Positions 10,339 through 19,649 of a DNA stretch of 64,000 nt are shown one piece after another. The notes beneath the pieces are model-generated. The model was not told the origin of the DNA. It saw only the letters and a list, made by a program, of their open reading frames with translations, and did not search any database. The translations under genes were made by a program, and so were the position numbers. This DNA is from Bacteroides sp. (GTDB taxonomy: Bacteria > Bacteroidota > Bacteroidia > Bacteroidales > SM23-62). Positions within the stretch are counted from its first letter, which is position 1. Each line of letters opens with the position of its first letter. The stretch covers positions 3,826-67,825 of the forward strand of contig DRHS01000058.1 in assembly GCA_011053095.1 (NCBI GenBank). Reading direction: 5' to 3'.

Positions 10339-10541
10339 TCACTTCCCCGGATATGACTCCACAGTCAGATAAATCCATACTATCGGAACCATTTAAAACC
10401 TTCTGAATCATAGGTAGCTCGCGACTACCAGCGATCCTGGTCCTGAAATGCCACCATGTTCTTCCTCAATAAGTGTAAAACTTTTTTCAATTATTCCAAT
10501 TAAGTTATAAATTTGCTATACTACCAACAAACTATCCTTCC

Positions 10542-12347
10542 ATGAAAAAGATACAGCCGGTTCTTTTCACATTCCTTTTCCTTTCAGGAATTATCCAGGC
10601 CCAGGAATACCAGAAGGTACTTCGTGACATCTTCTATGAAGCAGAATTCTGGATTATGGAAGAATCCTATCCCGATGCCCTGATGGAGTATCAGAAGCTT
10701 TATACCCGAGGTTATGAGAACAATGCTAACATTAACTACAGGATGGGCATATGCTACCAATACATACCGGGTGAGAAAAGCAAAGCCATCCCGCATCTTG
10801 AAAAAGCTACGAAAAATGTCTCATCCAGGTATAAGGAGGGGGTATTTAAGGAAACAACTGCTCCTATTGATGCATGGCTCTACATAGGTAATTCTTACAG
10901 GATTGATAATCAGCTGGACAAGGCTGTTGAATCATACAATACTTATAAAGAGTTACTTAAGGATGATGAATCCGAGATGGCACTCTATACCGACAAACAA
11001 ATTGAAGCAGCAAACAATGCAAAAATTGCAATGGAAAACCCTGTATATTATATCAGGGAACATACCGGGAAATTAATCAATACAAGTACGGCAGATTATA
11101 ATCCCATCGTTACATTTGATGAACAGACCATGGTCTATATGTCATCCCTGAAATTTTATGAATCTGTGTTGATCTCTCATAAGGAAGATGGGGAATGGAC
11201 TGAACCCCGGCAGATTACTTCAGAACTGGAACCTGAGGGAAAGCTCTATGTGAACAGCATAAGCAAGGATGGTAAGGTATTGTACCTGAACCAGGAGGAC
11301 AATTTCAATTCTGATATCCTGGTGAGTACTTTTGAAGGTGAACGGTGGACTAAAGCAAAGCTGCTGAATAAGTGGATCAACACCAAATTTTGGGAATCTC
11401 ATGCAAGTATTTCCACAGATGGGAATTACCTGTACTTTTCCAGCAACCGGAAAACAGGACAGGGTGGAATGGATATATGGGTAAGCCGTGACGGGAAAGA
11501 AGGATGGGGTGAACCACTGAATCTTGGAGCAGGCATAAATACTACCTTAAATGAGGATCATCCGTTTATTTCAGAAGATGGCAGGGTTCTGTACTTTACT
11601 TCACAGGGACACCACAGTATAGGAGGTTTCGATATCTTTTATTCTGAGAAACTTGCAGATGGAAGCTGGAGTGAACCAAAAAATCTGGGGTATCCTGTCA
11701 ATACCACTGACGATGACCTTTTCTTTTCCCCTGTTGGAAATGGTAAGTACGGTTACCAGTCTCTTTTTGCAGAGGAAAACGTAGGATCAAGAGATATATT
11801 CCGATACCAGTTGTTTGAGACCGAGGCTGAATACCTGACAGCAATCGGTAAACCACCAGAGGAACCGATAGAGGTAATAGAGCCTGTTGAAGAAGTACCG
11901 GTTGTGGTTCCACCGGTTGTGGAAGAACCAACTATAATGTATGTCATTCGACCTGTATTTTTTGACTTTAACAAATATGAACTCACAAGTGATACAAAGT
12001 CAACCCTTGATGACCTTGCTGAGATACTCCAGGTATTCCCCCTGCTCGAAGTGCAGGCTGTCGGTCATACCGACCACAAGGGCTCAGACAGTTATAACAT
12101 GATGCTCTCTAAGAAACGCTCCGCCAGTGTTGTCAGTTATATCACAAGGAAAGGCATTGATGGCAAGCGGATCAAATCTATTGGTAAGGGGGAAGGCTAT
12201 CCGGTAGCAAAGAACAACCTGGACGATGGTACAGATAGTCCGGAAGGGCGTCAGCTGAACAGACGAGTTGAGATCATTGTCCTGAAACCAGAACTGCCTA
12301 ATGTAAACGTAGAGGAAGTTAAAGTCCCTGATAAACTTAAAAAATAA
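10542..12347 (+). CDS. Envelope protein P2: signal peptide + TPR + PD40/TolB-like repeats + Pro/Glu-rich linker + OmpA-like peptidoglycan-binding domain
   Basis: Same N-terminal architecture as P1. Linker PPEEPIEVIEPVEEVPVVVPPVVEEP. C-terminal OmpA_C motifs (FDFNKYELT, GHTDHKGSDSYNMMLSKKRSASV, NRRVEIIV). Confidence 0.8.
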   Translation: MKKIQPVLFTFLFLSGIIQAQEYQKVLRDIFYEAEFWIMEESYPDALMEYQKLYTRGYENNANINYRMGICYQYIPGEKSKAIPHLEKATKNVSSRYKEGVFKETTAPIDAWLYIGNSYRIDNQLDKAVESYNTYKELLKDDESEMALYTDKQIEAANNAKIAMENPVYYIREHTGKLINTSTADYNPIVTFDEQTMVYMSSLKFYESVLISHKEDGEWTEPRQITSELEPEGKLYVNSISKDGKVLYLNQEDNFNSDILVSTFEGERWTKAKLLNKWINTKFWESHASISTDGNYLYFSSNRKTGQGGMDIWVSRDGKEGWGEPLNLGAGINTTLNEDHPFISEDGRVLYFTSQGHHSIGGFDIFYSEKLADGSWSEPKNLGYPVNTTDDDLFFSPVGNGKYGYQSLFAEENVGSRDIFRYQLFETEAEYLTAIGKPPEEPIEVIEPVEEVPVVVPPVVEEPTIMYVIRPVFFDFNKYELTSDTKSTLDDLAEILQVFPLLEVQAVGHTDHKGSDSYNMMLSKKRSASVVSYITRKGIDGKRIKSIGKGEGYPVAKNNLDDGTDSPEGRQLNRRVEIIVLKPELPNVNVEEVKVPDKLKK

Positions 12348-12402
12348 GAGAATACTTTCCCGCAACCATTTCCACCGGAACAGGGTCTATTTTATACCTT
12401 TT

Positions 12403-12434
12403 ATAACGGACGAACTGTTATGGTGGTTTTTTTT
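12403..12434 (+). terminator. Candidate rho-independent terminator after P2
   Basis: 7-bp stem ATAACGG/CTGTTAT (one G-T wobble) with a 5-nt loop, a 5-nt spacer, then a T8 run at 12427-12434. It lies 56 nt downstream of the P2 stop. Confidence 0.4.
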
Positions 12435-12462
12435 ATCTTTATATAACATTAATGGCCTGAAA

Positions 12463-13917
12463 ATGAAAGTAAACCCCGGTTACCTGTTGCTTTCGGTATT
12501 CCTGCTCCTCTTTTGCCAACCCCAGGTCGCGCAAGATATTACCGATCCACAGGAGCTGTTCTCCGAAGGGGAATTCTTCTACCTCGCAGAAGAATATGAG
12601 GAAGCCCTGTATTTTTATCTTCAGCTGGTAGAATTATTTCCCGACCATGCCAATTACAATTTCAAGGTTGGAGACACATATCTCAATATCCCGGGACAGG
12701 AGTACAAGGCAATACCCTACCTTGAGATAGCGATTACTAACAATAGTTTTAAATACAAAAAACGATCCTTCAAGGAGAAGAAGGCACCCCATTTCGCATA
12801 TTTCAGCCTGGGTAATGCTTACCGCATCAACAATGAAATCGAGAAAGCCCTTGATATCTACCAGGTTTTTACCAGTTCCGAAGATTTTGAAGGAAACTAT
12901 AACCTCAAAATGGTGGAGGATGAGGTATGGGCCTGCGAGCGGTCCATGATGATTCAGGATGTTCCTGTAAATGTGGAGTTTGAAAAGTTAGGCAGTCCTG
13001 TCAACATAAATTCTGATAACACAAATGCGGTTTTGTCCGGAGATGGAAATACCATGATCTTTATTACTGAGCTGGCATTTTATGATGCCATCCATCTTTC
13101 AAAAAAAGTGAACGGACTTTGGACTGAACCTGAAGTACTGAATCCTCAGGTTCAATCTGATGGTGATATGTACCCCACCTCACTCTCATATGATGGCAGG
13201 GAATTATTCCTTGTTAAAAGGACCGAAGGGAACAATGATATTTATGTGAGTAGGCTTGGGACAGATTTCTGGTCGAAAGCAAAGGCATTGGGGCCAACCA
13301 TCAATTCGGGTACCGATGAAACCCATGCCAGTATATCTGCAGACGGAAAAACCCTGTTTTTTACGTCTGCGAGGCGGGGGGGATTCGGGGGATTGGATAT
13401 ATACCGTTCAGAAAGGCTTGAATCCGGTGAATGGACCATGGCCGAAAACCTGGGTCCTGTTGTAAACAGCATTTATGACGAGGACACTCCATTTCTTTCC
13501 GATATTGGAAATCGCCTTTATTTTAGTTCTAGCGGACATTTTAATATGGGTGGATATGACGTATTCTACTCCAACCTTGATGAGTCCGGGGTTTGGAAGG
13601 ATCCCATAAATATGGGCTTCCCGATTAATACAACCACCGATGACCTTTTCTACTATCCAATCGGAATTGGAAATCAGGGATATATTTCAAAAATAGAACG
13701 ACAAGGCGCCCATGCCTATAACATATACCACCTGTCGATAGGAGAAAGAGTAACAGAATTTAGAGATGCATCCGATCAGACACGATTTCCTGATAATTTC
13801 ACGATCCGCCTGATCCACACTGAAAGAGGGGATACGATCATCCTTCAATATCTGAAGGATGAAGATCTTTTCAAAACAATAGATCCCTCTTATAAAATAA
13901 GCATCGAAGATCAATAA
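12463..13917 (+). CDS. Envelope protein P3: signal peptide + TPR + PD40/TolB-like repeats, short unique C-terminus
   Basis: Colinear with the N-terminal ~420 aa of P1 and P2 (YFSLGNAYRINNEIEKALDIY; THASISADGKTLFFTSARRGGFGGLDIYRS; DTPFLSDIGNRLYFSSSGHFNMGGYDVFYS; PINTTTDDLFYYP). Confidence 0.7.
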   Translation: MKVNPGYLLLSVFLLLFCQPQVAQDITDPQELFSEGEFFYLAEEYEEALYFYLQLVELFPDHANYNFKVGDTYLNIPGQEYKAIPYLEIAITNNSFKYKKRSFKEKKAPHFAYFSLGNAYRINNEIEKALDIYQVFTSSEDFEGNYNLKMVEDEVWACERSMMIQDVPVNVEFEKLGSPVNINSDNTNAVLSGDGNTMIFITELAFYDAIHLSKKVNGLWTEPEVLNPQVQSDGDMYPTSLSYDGRELFLVKRTEGNNDIYVSRLGTDFWSKAKALGPTINSGTDETHASISADGKTLFFTSARRGGFGGLDIYRSERLESGEWTMAENLGPVVNSIYDEDTPFLSDIGNRLYFSSSGHFNMGGYDVFYSNLDESGVWKDPINMGFPINTTTDDLFYYPIGIGNQGYISKIERQGAHAYNIYHLSIGERVTEFRDASDQTRFPDNFTIRLIHTERGDTIILQYLKDEDLFKTIDPSYKISIEDQ

Positions 13918-13932
13918 GGAGTATACCTATTT

Positions 13933-14481
13933 ATGATTCCCCTTGAAGGTAAAAATATAAAACTCCGGGCAGTAGAACCTGCTGACCTTGATATACTCTA
14001 TGAATGGGAGAATGATCCTGGAAACTGGACAGTTAGCAATACTATCGCTCCATTCTCCAGGCATGTCCTTCAGAAATATATAGAAGGCGCACAGCAGGAT
14101 ATCTATGAGGCAAGGCAGTTAAGGTTGATGATAGACAGGCTGGAATCAGATAAAAATGAAGAGGAAACACTTGGCATCATTGACCTTTTTGATTTCGACC
14201 CCAAGCATAGAAGGGCAGGAGTTGGAATACTAATCGCCAGAAAGGAGGACCGAATGAAAGGTATTGCATCCGAAGCCCTTGGGATCTTAATTGAATATGC
14301 ATTCGGAAGTCTCCAACTTCACCAGTTGTACTGTAATGTCTCTGAGGATAATCCGGCCAGTCTGAAACTATTTGAAAAATCTGGTTTCCAGAGAATCGGT
14401 AAAAAAAGAGATTGGATAAGAATGGAAAATGAATGGATAGATGTTCTGCTGATGCAACTAATGAATCCTCAGGATTCCTGA
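13933..14481 (+). CDS. GNAT family N-acetyltransferase (RimJ/RimL-like)
   Basis: 182 aa. LRAVEPADLDILYEWEND start, acetyl-CoA-binding-like RRAGVGILI....MKGIASEAL, and C-terminal FEKSGFQRIG. Confidence 0.8.
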   Translation: MIPLEGKNIKLRAVEPADLDILYEWENDPGNWTVSNTIAPFSRHVLQKYIEGAQQDIYEARQLRLMIDRLESDKNEEETLGIIDLFDFDPKHRRAGVGILIARKEDRMKGIASEALGILIEYAFGSLQLHQLYCNVSEDNPASLKLFEKSGFQRIGKKRDWIRMENEWIDVLLMQLMNPQDS

Positions 14482-14933
14482 ATCTCTGCCCAGGCCGGAA
14501 TATGGTCGGTGAAACCGTAGCCCTTCGTGATGGGATCGAACCTGCAACAATAATGCTTCATACCGTTTGTTACTATCAGCCACGGAACGTTCAGGGTCAG
14601 GTTATAAAGACCTATCTGATCAAAAACTGCAGCATTCACAGGCACATCAGGGGCTTTACATTCAACAAGCATTACGGGGTCACCCTGCCGGTTATGGGCA
14701 AGTATATCCGTTCGCTTTTTCATCCGGTTAAAACTAAACTCCTTCTCTACAGAAATTAATGAAGATGGAAATCCCCTGTCCTGAACCAGATACATAATGA
14801 AATGCTGCCTTACCCATTCTTCAGGAGTCAGAGCCACGTATTTTTTGCGAATTGAATCGAAAATATGAGATCTGTCCCCTTCAGATTTTATAGAGAAGGA
14901 ATAAGTTGGTAAATTTAGAGCTTTCATGAGCAC
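14469..14933 (-). CDS. Stand-alone type I restriction enzyme HsdR N-terminal-like (PD-(D/E)xK-type) domain protein
   Basis: 154 aa. IFDSIRKKYVALTPEEWVRQHFIMYL...RTDILAH......VMLVECKAP pattern, as I recall it for the HSDR_N_2 family. Its 3' end overlaps the GNAT gene by 13 nt (convergent). Confidence 0.65.
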   Translation of the reverse strand: MLMKALNLPTYSFSIKSEGDRSHIFDSIRKKYVALTPEEWVRQHFIMYLVQDRGFPSSLISVEKEFSFNRMKKRTDILAHNRQGDPVMLVECKAPDVPVNAAVFDQIGLYNLTLNVPWLIVTNGMKHYCCRFDPITKGYGFTDHIPAWAEIQES

Positions 14934-14982
14934 CCCGTACGGTCCTCAACAAAAATACTAAGAACAAAACTAATAGAAGGGT

Positions 14983-15753
14983 ATGAAGACAAAAAAGGAT
15001 ATCGTTGAGAACTGGTTGGTCCGATATACAGGTCAAAATCTTGAAACATTCGGAAAACATATACTATTGACAAATTTTGACCATTACCTGGAACGCTTCT
15101 GCGCCCTGCAGAATACTACAATTGTTGATAACACAAAGCCCATGCCATGTGCAACATCAGAAGGCATAACAATTATCAACTTTGGAATGGGATCAGCCAA
15201 CGCTGCCACAATCATGGACCTATTGAGTGCTATCAACCCGAAGGCAGTACTTTTTCTGGGGAAGTGCGGGGGATTAAAAAAGAAAAATAAACTTGGCGAC
15301 TATATATTGCCAATTGCTGCTATTCGAAATGAAGGTACATCTGATAGTTATCTTCCTGCGGAAGTACCCGCATTGCCTGCCTTCAGCCTTCAAAGAGCCG
15401 TATCCTCGAACATCCGGGATCATGGAAAGGATTATTGGACAGGAACAGTGTTTACGACTAACCGCAGGGTATGGGAGCATGATAATGTTTTCAGAAAATA
15501 TCTTAAGAAAACACGAAGTATGGCCATTGACATGGAAACAGCAACAATATTTACAGTTGGATTTGCCAATAAGATACCTTCAGGGGCCCTTCTGCTGGTA
15601 ACCGACCAGCCCATGATATCCTCCGGTATAAAAACCCAGGAAAGTGATATTAAGGTAACCGGACAATATGTTGATGACCATATCATCATTGGAATAGATG
15701 CACTGAAAGAGCTGCGTGAGGGCGGGCGCACAGTTAAACATCTCAGATTCTAA
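14983..15753 (+). CDS. amn: AMP nucleosidase-like nucleoside phosphorylase (PNP_UDP_1 family, short form)
   Basis: 256 aa. GMGSANAATIMDLL, FLGKCGGL, AIDMETATIF motifs of the phosphorylase/nucleosidase fold. The N-terminus NWLVRYTG resembles the short bacteroidete AMP nucleosidases. Confidence 0.65.
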   Translation: MKTKKDIVENWLVRYTGQNLETFGKHILLTNFDHYLERFCALQNTTIVDNTKPMPCATSEGITIINFGMGSANAATIMDLLSAINPKAVLFLGKCGGLKKKNKLGDYILPIAAIRNEGTSDSYLPAEVPALPAFSLQRAVSSNIRDHGKDYWTGTVFTTNRRVWEHDNVFRKYLKKTRSMAIDMETATIFTVGFANKIPSGALLLVTDQPMISSGIKTQESDIKVTGQYVDDHIIIGIDALKELREGGRTVKHLRF

Positions 15754-15763
15754 AACCCGTATT

Positions 15764-16765
15764 ATGACCCACGAGGATATCCTTAAGGAACTTAAAAACA
15801 AAACTTACAGGCCCATCTATTTCCTTATGGGAGAAGAGCCATATTTTATTGACCTTATCTCAGGATATATTGAAAGCAATGTCCTGACGGAGGAAGAAAA
15901 AACATTTAACCAATTGGTGCTCTATGGCAAGGATACGGATGTGCCTGGAATAATCAATACAGCCCGCAGGTTCCCCATGATGTCAAGCCGCCAGGTTGTA
16001 ATTGTCAGGGAAGCTCAATCACTAACAAAAATAGAGGACCTTATCCACTATGTTAATGCTCCACTAGCTTCTACCCTACTGGTCATAAATTACAAATACA
16101 AAAAGCTTGACAAAAGGAAAAAGCTTTTTAAAGCTATTGAACAAACGGGAGTGATCCTGGACTCCCGGAGAATGTACGACGATAAAATCCCGTCCTGGAT
16201 TAGCTCCTACCTGGCAGCAAGATCGAAAAAGATCGAACCCAAGGCTGCCATGATTCTTACAGAGTTCCTGGGTAATGACCTGGGCAAGATATCCAATGAA
16301 CTGGATAAACTTGTATTGTTACTACCCGAAGAAGATAGTATTATCAATCCAAAACATATTGAGGATAATATAGGGATCAGTAAGGATTACAATAATTTTG
16401 AGTTGAACAATGCACTGGCACAGAGAAATATACTGAAAGCAAATCGCATCGTTAAATACTTTGAAAGCAACTCCAGGGCAAATCCTTTTACCCTGACTAT
16501 TACATCCATGTATTTTTTCTTCAGTAAATTGCTAAATTATCATTTCCTTAAGGACCGGTCGAGAAGGAATGTTGCTTCCGTTTTGAAAATTGATCCCTAC
16601 TTTGTTCAGGATTATGAAAAGGCCTCAAGGGTTTATAATCCTTCTAAAACGGTTAAGGTTATTTCACTTCTTAGGGAATTTGACCTTAAATCCAAAGGTT
16701 TTGGTAATGTAAGCAGTTCACATGGAGATCTGCTCAAGGAACTGGTTTATAAAATAATGCATTAA
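15764..16765 (+). CDS. holA: DNA polymerase III delta subunit
   Basis: PIYFLMGEEPYFID...LVLYGKD...RRFPMMSSRQVVIVREAQ pattern. I moved the start to the ATG at 15764 (MTHEDIL...), because the track start at 15716 overlaps the end of amn. Confidence 0.8.
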   Translation: MTHEDILKELKNKTYRPIYFLMGEEPYFIDLISGYIESNVLTEEEKTFNQLVLYGKDTDVPGIINTARRFPMMSSRQVVIVREAQSLTKIEDLIHYVNAPLASTLLVINYKYKKLDKRKKLFKAIEQTGVILDSRRMYDDKIPSWISSYLAARSKKIEPKAAMILTEFLGNDLGKISNELDKLVLLLPEEDSIINPKHIEDNIGISKDYNNFELNNALAQRNILKANRIVKYFESNSRANPFTLTITSMYFFFSKLLNYHFLKDRSRRNVASVLKIDPYFVQDYEKASRVYNPSKTVKVISLLREFDLKSKGFGNVSSSHGDLLKELVYKIMH

Positions 16766-16766
16766 A

Positions 16767-17384
16767 ATGACACTGGTAATAATTATAGTAACCCTGATAA
16801 TAACAGTCATTTCTTTCTACAATGAAGAAATAATGTCGAAGCTGATGCTAAATCCATACCAGGTAATACAAAAGAAGGAATGGTACCGGATTATCACACA
16901 TGGATTTCTCCATGCTGACTGGACACATCTTATTATTAATATGTTTGTATTGTATTCATTTGGCAGGAATGTGGAGAACTGGTTTCAACAACTCAAGATG
17001 TCAGGCTATATTGACAGTCCCGCCCTAAGCTACAGTATCCTGTATTTCGGTGGCATCATTATCTCTTCCCTGATCACTCTTTTCAAGCACCGGAATAACC
17101 GTTGGTATAATTCAGTCGGAGCCTCGGGAGCTGTATCAGCTGTAATATTTACCAGTATTTTCTTTTCTCCCCTTGACCGGCTCTACTTTTTCGCGGTGAT
17201 ACCCATACCGGGTATTGTATTTGCTGTGATTTATCTTTTTTACAGCACCTATATGAGCCGAAGGAACCGTGATAATATTAATCACGATGCTCATTTCTTG
17301 GGAGCCGTATATGGTTTTGTTTTTCCCATCCTGATAGACCTTGACCTGTTAACGCATTTCATAGAGGAATTGAGGATTTTTTAA
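16767..17384 (+). CDS. Rhomboid family intramembrane serine protease
   Basis: Six-TM protein with WYRIITHGFLHADWTHLIINM, the catalytic GASGAVSAV (GxSG) motif and a downstream H in AHFLGAVYG. Confidence 0.8.
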   Translation: MTLVIIIVTLIITVISFYNEEIMSKLMLNPYQVIQKKEWYRIITHGFLHADWTHLIINMFVLYSFGRNVENWFQQLKMSGYIDSPALSYSILYFGGIIISSLITLFKHRNNRWYNSVGASGAVSAVIFTSIFFSPLDRLYFFAVIPIPGIVFAVIYLFYSTYMSRRNRDNINHDAHFLGAVYGFVFPILIDLDLLTHFIEELRIF

Positions 17385-17422
17385 CCCGGTTGGGCCAAAA
17401 GAATATTTTATCTTTCGTGGAA

Positions 17423-18010
17423 TCAGTTCAGGCTTGGGTTCTCAGGAAAGTTTACCCAGGTTTTGTATTTATCGCCTGATTTCTCTAGAATTTCTTTCCA
17501 GAGATCATCGCCAGGCCCTTGCATAATATGATCCGGCTTCATCTCGGATATCAGCCAGGCGTTCTCGGAGAGTTCATTCTCAAGCTGCTTTGGAGACCAG
17601 CCGGCATATCCCAGAAAAAATCGGATCTCTGATCCCTTGATCAGTCCGGCGCTGATCATATCTTTGATAACTTCAAAGTCCCCTCCCCAGTAAAGGTTAT
17701 CCAATATCTTCACGGAATTGGGAATTGTATCTCCCAGTGTATGAATATAGTGTATGGTATTTGTATTGACTGGTCCCCCGATAGAGACCTCTGTATCAAT
17801 ATCAGGAAAATCATTTATAACCTCAGTTACTGAGAGGTCAACAGGTTTATTCAGTACAAAACCTACAGTACCCTCGTCGGAATGTTCCGTCAGAAGGACA
17901 ACCGAGCGCTTAAAATAGGTATCATTCAGGAAGGGTTCAGATATAAGTACCCTGCCCTGCCTGGCAACCTGTTTGTTGTCAATACTGAAAAAATCTATAT
18001 CAAGTTCCAT
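17423..18010 (-). CDS. YqgE/AlgH family protein (UPF0301)
   Basis: 195 aa. GRVLISEPFLNDTYFKRSVVLLTEHSDEGTVGFVLNKP and YWGGD...FLGYAGWSPKQLE.E motifs. Confidence 0.8.
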   Translation of the reverse strand: MELDIDFFSIDNKQVARQGRVLISEPFLNDTYFKRSVVLLTEHSDEGTVGFVLNKPVDLSVTEVINDFPDIDTEVSIGGPVNTNTIHYIHTLGDTIPNSVKILDNLYWGGDFEVIKDMISAGLIKGSEIRFFLGYAGWSPKQLENELSENAWLISEMKPDHIMQGPGDDLWKEILEKSGDKYKTWVNFPENPSLN

Positions 18011-18173
18011 ATTACTCTAATACCAAAGTGCAATATATCCAAATTCAATGCAAAAATAATACCCTGAATAAGGTTTTTTACTATTTATAGAAAATTTATA
18101 ATGAACTTCATGGTTCATTACATTAAATACATTTTCCATTTTACTATATTGCGATTGATATCAACCCTACCGG

Positions 18174-19649
18174 ATGGAGGACGTTAAGAAGAAACCAACA
18201 CTGCTGCAGGCATTTATACCGATCCTCTGTCTGATACTGCTTTTAACCCTTAACGTATTGTTTTTTGGAGAGGATACGCTTTCCGGTGCAAACCAGATTT
18301 CGCTGCTGCTTGCCGCCACAATTGCAGGGATCATTGCAATTCGTCTAAAACTGAACTATCAGACCATTATGGCGCAGGTTGTCAAGAGCATCGGATCAGC
18401 CATGCCAGCCATCCTTATCCTGCTCATGATTGGATCACTTGCTGGAACCTGGCTGCTCAGCGGTGTCGTACCTGTTCTCATTTATTATGGTCTTAAGATC
18501 ATCCATCCCAGTATTTTTTTATTCGCGGCAGTTATCGCAAGCAGTATTGTATCTCTTGCCACCGGGTCTGCCTGGTCTACCATTGCAACCATTGGCATTG
18601 CACTTCTCGGAATAGGCCAGGCTCTTGGATTCCCTGTCGGTCTGGTTGCAGGGGCAGTAATTTCCGGCGCATATTTCGGTGACAAAATGTCACCGCTTTC
18701 AGATACAACTAACCTTGCACCTGCCATGGCGGGGACCGACCTTTTTACACATATCCGCTATATGATGATCACGACCATTCCTTCAATGGGAATAACTCTG
18801 ATCATTTTCCTGATAATTGGATTTACGAATAATTATGAGATTAATGGATCAAATGTTGAGGCGGTTCTACATCAAATTGAACTAAACTTCAATGTCACCC
18901 CCCTGCTGCTATTTGTGCCCGTTCTCCTGATTATCGTAATTGTAAAAAAGGTCCCTCCCCTCCCTGCTATTCTGTTCGGAGCTCTTCTTGGAGCTGTCTT
19001 TGCGATCATATTCCAGCCAGAAATAATCAGCCAGGTAGGAGGACCACACGGATACTTAAAAAGAACCTACATAGCCGTCATGCAATCCATGTTTGGAGGA
19101 ATATCCATTATTACAGAAAATGAGGTTGTTAATGATCTGTTGACAACGGATGGTATGTCAGGCATGCTGGACACGATCTGGCTGGTTCTTGCAGCGATGG
19201 TATTTGGTGGAGTAATGGACTCTGCCGGGATGCTTAAGCGGATCTCGGAAACAATTATCCAGTGGTCCAGGTCTACAGGATCCCTCGTTGCTTCAACAAT
19301 TGCAACAAGTATTTTCTTCAACATTACGGCTTCTGACCAGTATATTGCAATTGTGATCCCTGGAAGAATGTTTGCCAAAACTTACAGAGAAAGAGGATAT
19401 AAACCGGAATTGCTGAGCCGGACACTTGAGGATGGTGGTACGGTTACTTCAGTCCTGGTGCCCTGGAATACATGTGGTGCAACACAGTCCCGCGTCCTTG
19501 GTGTTTCAACCCTGACCTACCTGCCTTTCTGCTTCTTCAATATAATAAGTCCGTTCATGTCTATCCTGGTAGCCCTTTTGAACTACCGGATAAGGCGATT
19601 CGATAAGGAAGAATTGCCGGTTTCCCTGGAAAAAGGAATGGATGATTAG
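18174..19649 (+). CDS. nhaC: Na+/H+ antiporter NhaC family
   Basis: 491-aa polytopic membrane protein. GSLAGTWLLSGVVP, ATGSAWSTIATIG and SPLSDTTNLAP motifs as I recall them for NhaC. Confidence 0.8.
   Translation: MEDVKKKPTLLQAFIPILCLILLLTLNVLFFGEDTLSGANQISLLLAATIAGIIAIRLKLNYQTIMAQVVKSIGSAMPAILILLMIGSLAGTWLLSGVVPVLIYYGLKIIHPSIFLFAAVIASSIVSLATGSAWSTIATIGIALLGIGQALGFPVGLVAGAVISGAYFGDKMSPLSDTTNLAPAMAGTDLFTHIRYMMITTIPSMGITLIIFLIIGFTNNYEINGSNVEAVLHQIELNFNVTPLLLFVPVLLIIVIVKKVPPLPAILFGALLGAVFAIIFQPEIISQVGGPHGYLKRTYIAVMQSMFGGISIITENEVVNDLLTTDGMSGMLDTIWLVLAAMVFGGVMDSAGMLKRISETIIQWSRSTGSLVASTIATSIFFNITASDQYIAIVIPGRMFAKTYRERGYKPELLSRTLEDGGTVTSVLVPWNTCGATQSRVLGVSTLTYLPFCFFNIISPFMSILVALLNYRIRRFDKEELPVSLEKGMDD

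Noticed and set aside
10413-10429. Hairpin GGTAG-N7-CTACC between P1 and P2 as a possible terminator
   Set aside because: The stem is only 5 bp with no downstream T-tract. It could easily arise by chance.
15716-15763. Upstream start for holA overlapping the 3' end of amn
   Set aside because: The extra 16 residues (MRAGAQLNISDSKTRI) carry no holA similarity. The ATG at 15764 gives the expected N-terminus and removes the 38-nt overlap.
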